Of a DNA stretch of 64,000 nt, positions 1 through 9,169 are shown in pieces; within the stretch, counting starts at the first letter, position 1, and the number at the start of each line of letters is the position of its first letter. The stretch spans positions 93,835 through 157,834 of the IMG/VR virus record IMGVR_UViG_2595698357_000001; one strand, written 5' to 3'. Under the pieces are notes generated by a model. It was not told the DNA's origin. It was given only the letters and a program-made list of their open reading frames with translations, and made no database searches. The translations under genes were made by a program, and so were the position numbers. The DNA comes from a virus. Taxonomy: Duplodnaviria > Caudoviricetes.

Positions 1-7
1 CAACAGC

Positions 8-892
8 ATGAAGACAGAGATTGCTGTTGTTGATCAGGAAGTGGCGGGGCTTGTCCGTGATCTGACCAATATTGAGCGCGAACGCGATGTGGCGTTAAAC
101 ACGCTGGAGCAGGCTACCTCTGCTGCTATCGATAGCATCACCCGTAACGCCAATGACCGCGCTCGGGCGGAAGTAGCTGGTATCGAGGCGGAGATTTCGT
201 CCAAGAAGGCATACCGCGACCAAAAGGCTAATTTCGTTGTCGGCATTCAAACTGACATGCGTGATTTGGAAGTCCAGATCAAGGCGCTGGAAGCCAAGAT
301 GCTGGTTCAGCCTACGCCTACCGGCGCGCTGGAAGACGAGATCGCCCAGCTGGATGTCGACCTGGCTGAGCTGCAGGTTAACCAAGAGGCGCTCAACCAT
401 GACCTCCAGGATCATGAGCACCTGTTGTACTTCCTGCGCGATGACCAGACCAAGGCTCGTATCGTGTCTCTGTATCTGCCGTTCCTGAACAGCAAGGTCA
501 ATGAGTACATGGAGTCCGTGAACATGTTCCTGAACATTGATATCGACGACAAGTTCGACATCAGCATGAATGCCCCTGAGCGTAAAGGCCAGAGCATCTT
601 CTCGTTGTCTACCGGCCAGCGCGCGCGGCTGAATATTGCGATCATGCTGGCATTACGCGATGTGGCTAACCTCAAAGCGTCAATCCAGTGTAATATACTG
701 GTGTTGGATGAGATCTTAGAGAACCTCAGCGAACGCGGTGTTCAAGAGATCGTCATGATGCTGCGTCACAAGTTCTCGGGCAACAACCTGTTTGTCATCA
801 GTCAGCGTGAACAGGAGTTCCAGGAGTACTTCCAACACAACATCCGTTACGGCCTGCGTTCTGGTTTGACCCAGGTCATCAGCAAAGAATAA
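8..892 (+). CDS. 46: Recombination endonuclease ATPase subunit (T4 gp46/SbcC-like), C-terminal part; gene continues upstream of window
   Basis: Coiled coil followed by ABC signature LSTGQ and Walker B LVLDE. Confidence 0.9.
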   Translation: MKTEIAVVDQEVAGLVRDLTNIERERDVALNTLEQATSAAIDSITRNANDRARAEVAGIEAEISSKKAYRDQKANFVVGIQTDMRDLEVQIKALEAKMLVQPTPTGALEDEIAQLDVDLAELQVNQEALNHDLQDHEHLLYFLRDDQTKARIVSLYLPFLNSKVNEYMESVNMFLNIDIDDKFDISMNAPERKGQSIFSLSTGQRARLNIAIMLALRDVANLKASIQCNILVLDEILENLSERGVQEIVMMLRHKFSGNNLFVISQREQEFQEYFQHNIRYGLRSGLTQVISKE

Positions 893-923
893 CACGGGGA
901 GCCGGGGGAACCCGGCTTGAAAT

Positions 924-1223
924 ATGAAAGAGATCCTGCAGCCTATTGTAGACCAGGTCATCAATGACTGGAATAAGTTGTACCCCATGCTGTCGGTGTC
1001 CATCACTGTCAAGCAGTACCAGGAAGAAGCTGGGCGTGTTATCATTGACGGCCTCATCAACATGAAGGGTGTTGGTGTCACCGATGGCACGTTCGAGATT
1101 GGCAGTTCTGTCGTCGGCTGGGATAACCCATCCGAGTTCTACAACGGCCTGTTTGCTTGCATCGAAGAAAGCATGCTGGCCCACTCCTCCATGAATTCAT
1201 CTCATGAAGATAGTTCATTGTAA
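924..1223 (+). CDS. Hypothetical protein
   Basis: ORF in operon, phage-like codon usage. Confidence 0.7.
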   Translation: MKEILQPIVDQVINDWNKLYPMLSVSITVKQYQEEAGRVIIDGLINMKGVGVTDGTFEIGSSVVGWDNPSEFYNGLFACIEESMLAHSSMNSSHEDSSL

Positions 1224-1518
1224 GAAATCCCCCTATGATGTTTACATCGGACGCCCCAGCAAATGGGGCAATCCGTTCACGGTCGCTGACTGGGGACATG
1301 GGGTGGCCATCGCTAAATATAAATCCTATGTCCTAGAAAAACTCCGCTCTGGAGAATGGACAGAGGATGAGTTGGTCAACGAATTGGGCGGTAAGACTCT
1401 TGGGTGCTGGTGTCACCCTAAGCCTTGCCATGGTGATGTTTTGAAAGATGTTGTGAACGGGATAATCTTCTACAAGCGGCTCGGGATGAGCTACACGAAA
1501 CAGATACACAAAAACTGA
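1204..1518 (+). CDS. DUF4326-family protein
   Basis: VYIGRPSKWGNPF and LGCWCHPKPCHGDVL motifs. Confidence 0.85.
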   Translation: MKIVHCKKSPYDVYIGRPSKWGNPFTVADWGHGVAIAKYKSYVLEKLRSGEWTEDELVNELGGKTLGCWCHPKPCHGDVLKDVVNGIIFYKRLGMSYTKQIHKN

Positions 1519-1530
1519 GAGGAAATCAAA

Positions 1531-2142
1531 ATGACGATGTCAAAGTTGAAGACCATGTCTTTTATGGTCTTTACCCTTGCCAGCGGGGCTGCGACTGCAT
1601 CTATGTCGGCTTCATGTAATGTTGAGTTTACAGACCACCAATTGGCAACTATGAGCCGCGCCTGGAATACAGGTGTTGGTGACAACCTGGGCTACACCCT
1701 AGCAGCAATCTCGTGGAAGGAGAGCCGTGCGGGTGAGGATGTGGTGCGTTACCGTGGATCACTCAAGAGCGCCAATCTCGGTGCCTTCCAGAACCGGGTG
1801 CAATCTGCCGGTGATCGTGAGGGCTGTAAGACCAAGAAGTGCTATGCTGATGTTGCATATCGGCTTATCACTGACCAGAAGTTCGCCTCTGAGCATGCTC
1901 TCAAGGAGATGAACTTCTGGATGAACACGCACAACAATAACATCCGCAGTGCCCTCGCCTCTTACAACTCCGGATACTCCCACAACTCCAGGTCTCGCTC
2001 CTATGCGCAATCGGTCATCGTCAAGACTAAATATCTGAAGAAGTGTGTATCCTTTAATGGACGCCCGGTTGCCAATAAGCCTGACCCAAGCGTGTTAGCC
2101 TCGAACCAGCGGACATTATCCAAATTGAAGAGGATTCGATGA
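1531..2142 (+). CDS. Exported SLT/lysozyme-fold protein (T4 Vs.1-like)
   Basis: Signal-peptide-like N-terminus, LAAISWKES catalytic-Glu motif, ALASYNSG motif, SD GAGG. Confidence 0.7.
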   Translation: MTMSKLKTMSFMVFTLASGAATASMSASCNVEFTDHQLATMSRAWNTGVGDNLGYTLAAISWKESRAGEDVVRYRGSLKSANLGAFQNRVQSAGDREGCKTKKCYADVAYRLITDQKFASEHALKEMNFWMNTHNNNIRSALASYNSGYSHNSRSRSYAQSVIVKTKYLKKCVSFNGRPVANKPDPSVLASNQRTLSKLKRIR

Positions 2143-2741
2143 TGATCATTTTGCCAACCGACGTCGGTGTTGAGCACATACTGGTTCTGACGGCCATCCA
2201 GGCGATGAAGGACGGGGTGATAACAGCCCCGTACTCCGGCACCATCCGCAAGTTTGAGTATGCGGTAGGCCGGGGCTACTTCTCCAAGTGTGTGTTTGGC
2301 TGGCTGGAAACTGCCAAGGCCAGCTACCCTGGTGACCTCCAGCTGGGCGACGAGTACAGTGTGGATGAGGTTGTCCACTATTTGTCAGTCAACGGCTTCA
2401 TCGCCTATGACCGCACCCAGGAGATGTTCCTGCTCAACGGGCTGTGGAAGCCTTTCCCCTACTACATGACCACCGAAGCCAATATACAGGACAACGGTGC
2501 TCTGGTGTGGGGAAGGGAAGGCATCGGCGCCAGCTACACAGCGTACAATACGCCGGGAGTTCCCTTTGACGGTACTGTAGAAGAGTACCTGGCTCAGTAC
2601 CCGGCGCACAAAGTGGCGGGTAATGACGCGGTGTTGATCATGCCTGCGGCTCAAGCAGCACCCCGCCTGATCAACGGCTGGAACCCATCCATCCGGGCGC
2701 TGGTCGCTGAGTTTAGAACCAATCTGCCTTCACCAAGATGA
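2139..2741 (+). CDS. Hypothetical protein
   Basis: 200 aa ORF, ATGA overlap with upstream gene. Confidence 0.75.
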   Translation: MMIILPTDVGVEHILVLTAIQAMKDGVITAPYSGTIRKFEYAVGRGYFSKCVFGWLETAKASYPGDLQLGDEYSVDEVVHYLSVNGFIAYDRTQEMFLLNGLWKPFPYYMTTEANIQDNGALVWGREGIGASYTAYNTPGVPFDGTVEEYLAQYPAHKVAGNDAVLIMPAAQAAPRLINGWNPSIRALVAEFRTNLPSPR

Positions 2742-2893
2742 GACTGCCCATGGAAAAGAAATCTGATGCACAACGTTACTGGGAATCTGTAGGGGAAGTC
2801 ATCCTCGGCCGGGGTAAACCAAGCCCCGGTGACATCACCTTTAAGCCGGGCATGACAACTGAAGAACTCATCAAGACCCTCCGCGAAAAATAA
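2738..2893 (+). CDS. Small hypothetical protein (51 aa, MRLPMEKKSDAQRYWE...), not in ORF track
   Basis: ATGA-coupled to upstream stop, fills the gap before the promoter. Confidence 0.55.
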   Translation: MRLPMEKKSDAQRYWESVGEVILGRGKPSPGDITFKPGMTTEELIKTLREK

Positions 2894-2905
2894 TTTAAAA
2901 ATATT

Positions 2906-2946
2906 TTATTGAATAACTTTACTTCGTCAATAAACCCACCTATTAT
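2906..2946 (+). promoter_or_regulatory. Early sigma70-type promoter TTTACT-N17-TATTAT with TTATTGAA and TCAATAA boxes
   Basis: Same architecture at 8493, 15342, 26790 and 34988. Confidence 0.7.
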
Positions 2947-2999
2947 TGAATTCATTGAGGGGCTGACCCAGCCCCAACTTGAAACGAAGGAACTTTACA

Positions 3000-3377
3000 A
3001 TGAACGCTCAAGACAAACAATTTTCTGAATCCAACCTGATCAAACTGGCCGTGCTGGGTTACGGCGCAGTAACCTTGGAAGGCCAAATTGTTGACCGTGG
3101 GTTTGAAGGCAACATGGAAATGGGTATTTTGACCAACGGCAACAAACGCGCTGTAATGGCTAAAATCCACGAACTGTACCTGGCTGACGGTTGGGAATTC
3201 AAGATTTCCCCATTAGACGGCAAAACCCCGGTTGACCATGATTACCATACGATCTTCGTCAAAGACGGACGCCAAATCGGCTTCTACGCAATGAACGCGA
3301 CCGTAGAAGTTAATGGAGGTCTCATCAAAGCCAAGGAACACTATTTCTCCGTGGGTGAAGAATCAGAAGCCTACTAA
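3000..3377 (+). CDS. Hypothetical early protein
   Basis: ATG at 3000 after AAGGA SD, downstream of early promoter. Confidence 0.75.
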   Translation: MNAQDKQFSESNLIKLAVLGYGAVTLEGQIVDRGFEGNMEMGILTNGNKRAVMAKIHELYLADGWEFKISPLDGKTPVDHDYHTIFVKDGRQIGFYAMNATVEVNGGLIKAKEHYFSVGEESEAY

Positions 3378-3425
3378 TAACGCCGCCCCTTTCCACAGAG
3401 GGGCGCCATGCCCCCTTTCTTATTC

Positions 3426-3433
3426 CCTAAATA
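3426..3433 (+). promoter_or_regulatory. Late promoter (CCTAAATA, T4 TATAAATA-like)
   Basis: Upstream of putative virion internal protein gene. Confidence 0.55.
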
Positions 3434-3472
3434 ACGATAATACCTAACGATATTCTATTCCTGGAGACGCAG

Positions 3473-5452
3473 ATGAACATTACCCCATTCAACACCTTCC
3501 TTGAATCCTCGAAGGAAAAGGAAGTCATTTCTGAGGCGTTCAACTCAGATCCATATGAGCTCACGTTCGGCAAGAAAGGCGCGGGTGATGTGTTCTTTAC
3601 CTTTATTGACGAAGACGGCAAGGAATTCCGCATTCAGTTCTACACCCCGGCTGGCCTGGGTAAAAACGTTCGCCAGGTGTTCATCGGCCAGAAGAAAGGC
3701 TCGGTCTACCCTGATGCTCAGCAGCGCTTCAAGAACCCAATGAAGGTCATCGCCACGATGATTGAGGCGACCAAGCAATTCCTGCAAACTCCTATCGGAA
3801 AGAGCATTGACGGATTCGCTATCAACTTCTCGCGCAAAGCCCTGGAACGCGGCCTGACCCTGCTGCCTAAGATCATTCGCATGTCCGACCTGAAGCAGAA
3901 GGTCAATGTCATGGATCTGACCTATTCCCCAGACCCAAGCCGTGGCTATGTGTGGGTGATCAAGAAGGGCAAGAAGCCTGAAGCCGTGTTTGATGGCCCG
4001 AAAATGAAGGGTGTGACCTGGGACAACCCAGACAAAGTGGGTGATGCTCCTCCTGAACCTTCCGTTGGCAATACTGACTGGAACATCTCGGTCATGGCAA
4101 AGTCCAACAGCATCGAAAGCACCAGCGTCAAAGTGAACGGCAACGACGTGATCCTCGGCTCTAAAGACGTCGCCATCTCTGTGCGCGACGGTGCAATGGC
4201 CACGGCTGCTAAAGGGCAAACCATTGCTCAGGTAACGATCTTTGACAAGCAATTCGTCGGCCGGGGTTCCGTTGGTGTGGCTCGCAGTGCTAAAGATCGC
4301 CAGGGCATGGCATGGGAACTGAAATCCAACGGCAAGATCGTCGCCCTCGTGGAATTCGGTGTTGGCGCGGTGCTCCAGTCCAATGATGACAAAGTGACCG
4401 ATGCCAAATGGGAAGCCCTGGTTGCAGCCCTGGAGAAGACCTACTTCAAGGGCACCGTCAAGACCTTGGGTAACTCTGCTATGGGTACTTCCATCGGCCA
4501 GATCGTCAAAGACGGCATCAAGATCGTTGTTGGCATGATTCGTGGTTCTGAATCTGTATCCATCAACTTTGACGCCTATGGCCCAGACAACAAGCAGATT
4601 ACCCTTCCATTGACCGCCCGGCGCTTTGTGGACGTTGACGTTAACAAGCCTGATACTTTGACCGGGGTTGTTAACCTGGCGACTGACGTGATCTTGGAAA
4701 TCGCCAATCGCGATCCCAATGTGGTCAAGGCCAAGGAAGGATCTGCTAGCAAAGAAATGACGCAGACACAATGGCGTTCGCTTCAGAAGGCATTGTTCTC
4801 TATGGAAGGTATGACTGGCGTAACGTCTACCACTTCCGCTACCGCCAATTTCTATATTCCAGAAGGCCGGGTGCGCATATCCATGCTGCGTGGTGTCAAA
4901 TCCACTGATGACCCAGTGACTATCACTATCACTGCTGTGGTTGACGGGGTGGACATGAACGCACCAGCCATAATCCGCGACATCGACTTCACGAAACCAT
5001 CCCAGCTTCCACGTTTGATCAAGCCTGTGATCGACGTCAAGCTGGATGAGATTCGCAAAATGTCCGCATCCAAGAACAAGAAGACCACCACTATAGATCT
5101 GTCCGAGTACGCTGTGACGGTCAAGGGGGCGGCTCCTAAGATGCGTGGTGTGGAATGGCAGGTCTATACAGCTGACAACGGCCAAACTCTGAGGGTAGAA
5201 TATGATATCACGTTCCGCCGTAACACCCGTGTCGGTGCGATGAGTGAGTATCGCCAGCAGGTCAACCGTTGCAATGACTACCTGCGTGATACGTTCGCTG
5301 CTGCCAAGAAAGCCGGGTTTAATCCACAGCAACCTATTCTGATGACCATGGATGCTGCCAAAGATGGTGATGAAGTCGCTGAGCGCAATGAAGGTAGCGC
5401 ATACAGCGAATATGAGCAAGCCATCGGCGGCTCTTTGACTATCACTAAATAG
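3473..5452 (+). CDS. Large putative internal head protein (Alt/DarA-like N-terminus, capsid-targeting leader)
   Basis: N-terminal PFNTFLE...VISE resembles T4 capsid-targeting/prohead-protease sites; late promoter; GGAG SD. Confidence 0.6.
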   Translation: MNITPFNTFLESSKEKEVISEAFNSDPYELTFGKKGAGDVFFTFIDEDGKEFRIQFYTPAGLGKNVRQVFIGQKKGSVYPDAQQRFKNPMKVIATMIEATKQFLQTPIGKSIDGFAINFSRKALERGLTLLPKIIRMSDLKQKVNVMDLTYSPDPSRGYVWVIKKGKKPEAVFDGPKMKGVTWDNPDKVGDAPPEPSVGNTDWNISVMAKSNSIESTSVKVNGNDVILGSKDVAISVRDGAMATAAKGQTIAQVTIFDKQFVGRGSVGVARSAKDRQGMAWELKSNGKIVALVEFGVGAVLQSNDDKVTDAKWEALVAALEKTYFKGTVKTLGNSAMGTSIGQIVKDGIKIVVGMIRGSESVSINFDAYGPDNKQITLPLTARRFVDVDVNKPDTLTGVVNLATDVILEIANRDPNVVKAKEGSASKEMTQTQWRSLQKALFSMEGMTGVTSTTSATANFYIPEGRVRISMLRGVKSTDDPVTITITAVVDGVDMNAPAIIRDIDFTKPSQLPRLIKPVIDVKLDEIRKMSASKNKKTTTIDLSEYAVTVKGAAPKMRGVEWQVYTADNGQTLRVEYDITFRRNTRVGAMSEYRQQVNRCNDYLRDTFAAAKKAGFNPQQPILMTMDAAKDGDEVAERNEGSAYSEYEQAIGGSLTITK

Positions 5453-5461
5453 AACTATCAT

Positions 5462-5479
5462 AGCCCCTTCGGGGGCTTT
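5462..5479 (+). terminator. Intrinsic terminator-like hairpin AGCCCC-TTCG-GGGGCT-TT
   Basis: UUCG tetraloop hairpin after stop. Confidence 0.65.
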
Positions 5480-5505
5480 ATTCGAAACCCCGAGAGGAAA
5501 TACAG

Positions 5506-5820
5506 ATGAAAAAGTTTTCTGAATTCTTGATCGAGCAAGCCGCGCAACCGGCTACCCATGCTGGTATCAAAGGCAAGACCCTGTCTCTGAAAAAGCAAGG
5601 CGATGGCACCCAGTGGAGCGACGTTACCACTGTGGCTGATATCACACCAGACAGCGCGGCCGATATCTACAATCTGACTCTGACTGACGGCAACACCGTG
5701 AAGCTGACTCTGACACCAGATCAAGTTTCTGCTGTCAGCCAGGGCAAAGAAGTGGTTGCTGTTTGCGATGACTTCGAGTTCATGTTCGGTAAATCACCAT
5801 CTGGTCCAGCGACTGAGTAA
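5506..5820 (+). CDS. Small putative internal head protein
   Basis: N-terminus MKKFSEFLIE matches T4 IP capsid-targeting pattern. Confidence 0.65.
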   Translation: MKKFSEFLIEQAAQPATHAGIKGKTLSLKKQGDGTQWSDVTTVADITPDSAADIYNLTLTDGNTVKLTLTPDQVSAVSQGKEVVAVCDDFEFMFGKSPSGPATE

Positions 5821-5829
5821 GGAAACATC

Positions 5830-6072
5830 ATGAAAAGTTTTGGTGATTATCTGCTCAAAGAGCGCGCCGACCCACGTGAGTTCGGCAAACGCGGCTGGTA
5901 TCTGTTGGACAAGGGTGAGTCCATGCCGACTGTAGGCCAAGATATGGACTACTTCGACAAGAACGGTGACAAGCAATATGGCATTGTGAAGAGCCTGAAC
6001 AAGAATGGCATCATGACCATTCAGGACGGCACTACCAAGGCCAAAGTCAAACTACAGATCGTCCAGCCGTAA
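5830..6072 (+). CDS. Small putative internal head protein
   Basis: N-terminus MKSFGDYLLKE is capsid-targeting-like. Confidence 0.6.
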   Translation: MKSFGDYLLKERADPREFGKRGWYLLDKGESMPTVGQDMDYFDKNGDKQYGIVKSLNKNGIMTIQDGTTKAKVKLQIVQP

Positions 6073-6076
6073 ACAC

Positions 6077-6103
6077 AAAGCCCTGGCACCCGCCGGGGCT
6101 TTT
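6077..6103 (+). terminator. Intrinsic terminator
   Basis: AAAGCCCTGGC...GCCGGGGCTTTT hairpin with U-tract. Confidence 0.7.
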
Positions 6104-6158
6104 CATTGACACCTTCCGCGCTATCATACTGCTATCCCACACTCAAGGATAGGATCAA

Positions 6159-6767
6159 ATGTCTAAAGTATTCACCCCAACACATTCCGAGGGTTGTGCC
6201 ATCGCAGCCAACTTCCTCAAGACCAAGTGCAATTGTGGCATCGTCTTCATTGAACCGAACCCATGGGGCAACAGCGAGTCTCCTGATGCCATAGGATTCC
6301 GCATCATGGGCGTCAGCATCCTCATTGAGGTGAAGGTGTCCCGTGCTGATTTCATGTCAGACAAGAACAAGCCTCACCGCAAAGACCCGACTACTGGAAT
6401 GGGCACGTATCGCTTCTATGCATGCCCCGAGGGCGTTATCAAGCCAGAGGATCTACCACCGGGCTGGGGCTTGTTGTATTTCACCTCCAGGGGTTATCTC
6501 AAGCCTATCGTGGCACCGCACAACATCACTTCTCTGCCCAGCCCACAGAACGTGCTCCGCAACATTGAGCACTACCGGAAGCGGTACTCTGATGAAGACC
6601 GCATGGTGGCGCACTACCTGGAGGAGTTGAAGTTCTGCTTCCAGGAGAAGAACATCACCGGTGAGATCAATATCATGTATGGCGGCTACCGTCAACAATG
6701 CCTGGCTTCAAAGGCCGGCAAGCCGGTTAAGATAGGGGAAGTGTTCATCCGTCCGGAGATCTCATGA
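6159..6767 (+). CDS. PD-(D/E)xK nuclease, MmcB-like
   Basis: E..PDAIG...IEVKVSRADF motif. Confidence 0.7.
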   Translation: MSKVFTPTHSEGCAIAANFLKTKCNCGIVFIEPNPWGNSESPDAIGFRIMGVSILIEVKVSRADFMSDKNKPHRKDPTTGMGTYRFYACPEGVIKPEDLPPGWGLLYFTSRGYLKPIVAPHNITSLPSPQNVLRNIEHYRKRYSDEDRMVAHYLEELKFCFQEKNITGEINIMYGGYRQQCLASKAGKPVKIGEVFIRPEIS

Positions 6768-7831
6768 AATCCTTAGACCACCAGTTCATCAACTATCTTT
6801 CACCCCGGCTGGACAAGTTCAGCTGGGAGCGCGCTAACCTGGCCAAGTTCCGTTGCCCATTGTGTGGTGACTCACAGAAGTCCAAGACCAAGCGGCGCGG
6901 GCACTTCTACTATGACAGCACGATTGACAGCTATCGGTTCAAGTGCCACAACTGTAACGAGCAGAGCGGATGGTCATTCGATACCTGGCTGGCCAAGTTT
7001 GACCCGACCCTCCATGAAGAGTATCTGTTTGAGAAATTCAAGATGGAGGGGGACCGCAGGAAGCCCATCAAGGCGTTCATCGCAGAGCGGAAGGAAGTCC
7101 CCCCTCTTCCCAAAGAGGAACCAAAGGTCATCACGCTGCCGCCAGTACAGAAAGTCCTGGATGAGTCGCACCTGACCGGGATGCAGCGACTGGATACTCT
7201 GCCGGTTGATCATATGGCGGTGCAGTACGTCCTCGGTAGGAAGATCCCGGAGTTCTTCTTATCACGCATGTACTTCACCCACCACTTCCGCGACACGCTC
7301 CTCACCTTTGAGACGGACGCTGAGAAGCAGCGGCTGATACCCAACGACGCGCGCCTGGTCATGCCATTCTGGGATGAGACCGGCCGCATGAAGGTAGTGC
7401 AAGGCCGCGCCTTCGACAGTGATGCTTTCCTGCGTTATGCGACAGTGAAGCCCAACGAGCATGACACCAAGGTGTTCGGTGAGGAGCGGGTGAACCGGGA
7501 AAGGATGGTGTTGGTAGTTGAAGGTCCGATCGATAGCATGTTCCTTCCCAACTGCCTGGCATCGGCTGACGCTGACCTCCTGAGCGTGAAGGGGGACATC
7601 TACATCCCTGATAATCAGTACCGCAACAGGGAAGTTTGTCGGATTATAGAGAAGATAATTAACTCAGGGGTGAAGGTTGTTCTGTTCCCTCCCAACATTC
7701 CCTGGAAGGACATCAATGACATGGTGAAGGACGGCGGCATGACCCCGGCTGATATCATGAAGATGATGGCGAAAAACGTCTTCCAGGGGCTGGCTGCTTC
7801 TCTTCGGTTCGCAGACCTCAGGAAGGTGTAG
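6764..7831 (+). CDS. 61: DNA primase (T4 gp61-like)
   Basis: Zn finger CPLC...CHNC, TOPRIM VVEGPIDS, KDIND. Confidence 0.95.
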   Translation: MKSLDHQFINYLSPRLDKFSWERANLAKFRCPLCGDSQKSKTKRRGHFYYDSTIDSYRFKCHNCNEQSGWSFDTWLAKFDPTLHEEYLFEKFKMEGDRRKPIKAFIAERKEVPPLPKEEPKVITLPPVQKVLDESHLTGMQRLDTLPVDHMAVQYVLGRKIPEFFLSRMYFTHHFRDTLLTFETDAEKQRLIPNDARLVMPFWDETGRMKVVQGRAFDSDAFLRYATVKPNEHDTKVFGEERVNRERMVLVVEGPIDSMFLPNCLASADADLLSVKGDIYIPDNQYRNREVCRIIEKIINSGVKVVLFPPNIPWKDINDMVKDGGMTPADIMKMMAKNVFQGLAASLRFADLRKV

Positions 7832-7832
7832 T

Positions 7833-8060
7833 ATGTACAAAGAAATCACAACCGTCAAGCAACTTAATGAACTCGACCTCAGCGAGATCAAACGGGGATA
7901 CCAGAGCGCCTGGAAGGGCTACGTCCTGAACGGTGAAGAGAATGTCAGCTTCACCCACGGTTGGCACAACGGCATGGCAGATGTCACGGGTGAGCCTAAT
8001 GAAGCCCAGCGCTGCCTTGCCAGGGATGTTCAACGTGCCAAGCGGGAGGGTAAATTGTGA
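7833..8060 (+). CDS. Hypothetical protein
   Basis: Coupled ORF with SD GGAAGG. Confidence 0.7.
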   Translation: MYKEITTVKQLNELDLSEIKRGYQSAWKGYVLNGEENVSFTHGWHNGMADVTGEPNEAQRCLARDVQRAKREGKL

Positions 8061-8093
8061 TTTCTGAAATGGATGAAGGGCAGCGCCGGTTTG

Positions 8094-8127
8094 TCATTGA
8101 AATGTTGAGGGGTATTATTCCCCTCAA
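8094..8127 (+). promoter_or_regulatory. Middle-type promoter TCATTG-N13-TATTAT with -10 in hairpin loop
   Basis: TTGAGGGG-TATTATT-CCCCTCAA inverted repeat. Confidence 0.6.
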
Positions 8128-8150
8128 TACTAATGACGAGGGAACTACCA

Positions 8151-8426
8151 ATGATCAAGATAACAGCAGAAACGAACCTGGCAACCGAGAATGAGCTGAA
8201 GACCGCTCACATGGTTGAGACTGTGGCCAACAAATATTATCGCCTGGAGGACTGCCTCCGGGAGTGCTATCCCAACATGATCGTGGAAGACCCCATCCTC
8301 ATGATGCATGTTGAGATGATGGACACCTATCGTGACTCAGGCGATGTGGCTCTGGTCAACGCTCATGCCAAGCGTGTCATGGTTCGTTTCCGTGAATACG
8401 CTGACAAATACTGCGAAGTTGAATAA
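8151..8426 (+). CDS. Hypothetical protein
   Basis: GAGGG SD before ATG 8151. Confidence 0.7.
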   Translation: MIKITAETNLATENELKTAHMVETVANKYYRLEDCLRECYPNMIVEDPILMMHVEMMDTYRDSGDVALVNAHAKRVMVRFREYADKYCEVE

Positions 8427-8492
8427 AAGTTCAAACTAAATTTCCTTGTAAGTCAGCCAGTTATTGAAAATTCCGTAAAAAGTCAAAAATAT

Positions 8493-8534
8493 TTATTGAA
8501 AACGCTTTACGGAATTCAATAACTGGCGTATATT
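8493..8534 (+). promoter_or_regulatory. Early promoter TTTACG-N17-TATATT with TTATTGAA/TTCAATAA boxes
   Basis: Repeated architecture; overlaps long inverted repeat 8456-8527. Confidence 0.7.
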
Positions 8535-8601
8535 TAATTTCAACGAGGCGGGATTGACCCACTCACACTTGAAACGAAACAACTTTACAGGAAACAAAAT
8601 C

Positions 8602-9111
8602 ATGACTAACTCCATCGAAATCATCACCAACGGCACCGTAGCTTTCGAACTGAACCGTGACCTGACTAAAGCAGCTCTGTGGGAACAAGCACAGGCAGCA
8701 GGTTTCAGCGGTGGCCGCACCTCCTTCATGAACCTGCTGAGCGGCAAAGCAAAAGCGGCTTGCGGTTTCGAAATCCAAGTTCAAGTGCCAGTGACCAAGG
8801 CTGAGAAAGCCGCCCGCAAGGTAGTGAACAAAACTGAAGCACTGGCCACCCTGGCTGCGACCCTGAAGCGCGAAGTTCACGTGGTGGAAGCGAAGACCGA
8901 GACCTACGGCACCGTGTCTACCTCCAAAGGCCGCATGCAGGTGAACCCAATGAACAACGGCACTTTCAGCCTGATGTTCTTCGCCGCCAAAGGCACGGCG
9001 CTGGTTGAAGTTGCTGACCTGCTGGGTGAAGGCAACGTGAAGTCCCAGTACATGACCCTGGGCAAGAAGTCTGAAGCAGACGTCGCAGCCATCATCGCCA
9101 AACTGGCTTAA
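8602..9111 (+). CDS. Hypothetical early protein (basic, Ala-rich)
   Basis: CAGGA SD, strongly biased codons. Confidence 0.8.
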   Translation: MTNSIEIITNGTVAFELNRDLTKAALWEQAQAAGFSGGRTSFMNLLSGKAKAACGFEIQVQVPVTKAEKAARKVVNKTEALATLAATLKREVHVVEAKTETYGTVSTSKGRMQVNPMNNGTFSLMFFAAKGTALVEVADLLGEGNVKSQYMTLGKKSEADVAAIIAKLA

Positions 9112-9169
9112 CACCACCGCCGGGGGAAACCCCGGCAACCCAAACCCCTTTGAAACGCAGGAGCTACAC

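Noticed and set aside
1531-2142. RegB endoribonuclease call, a common label for this locus
   Set aside because: Motifs and signal peptide fit an SLT/Vs.1-like protein, not RegB
3545-5461. 638-aa antisense ORF opposite the 659-aa gene
   Set aside because: Codon-register mirror of a biased sense gene; no SD or recognisable motifs
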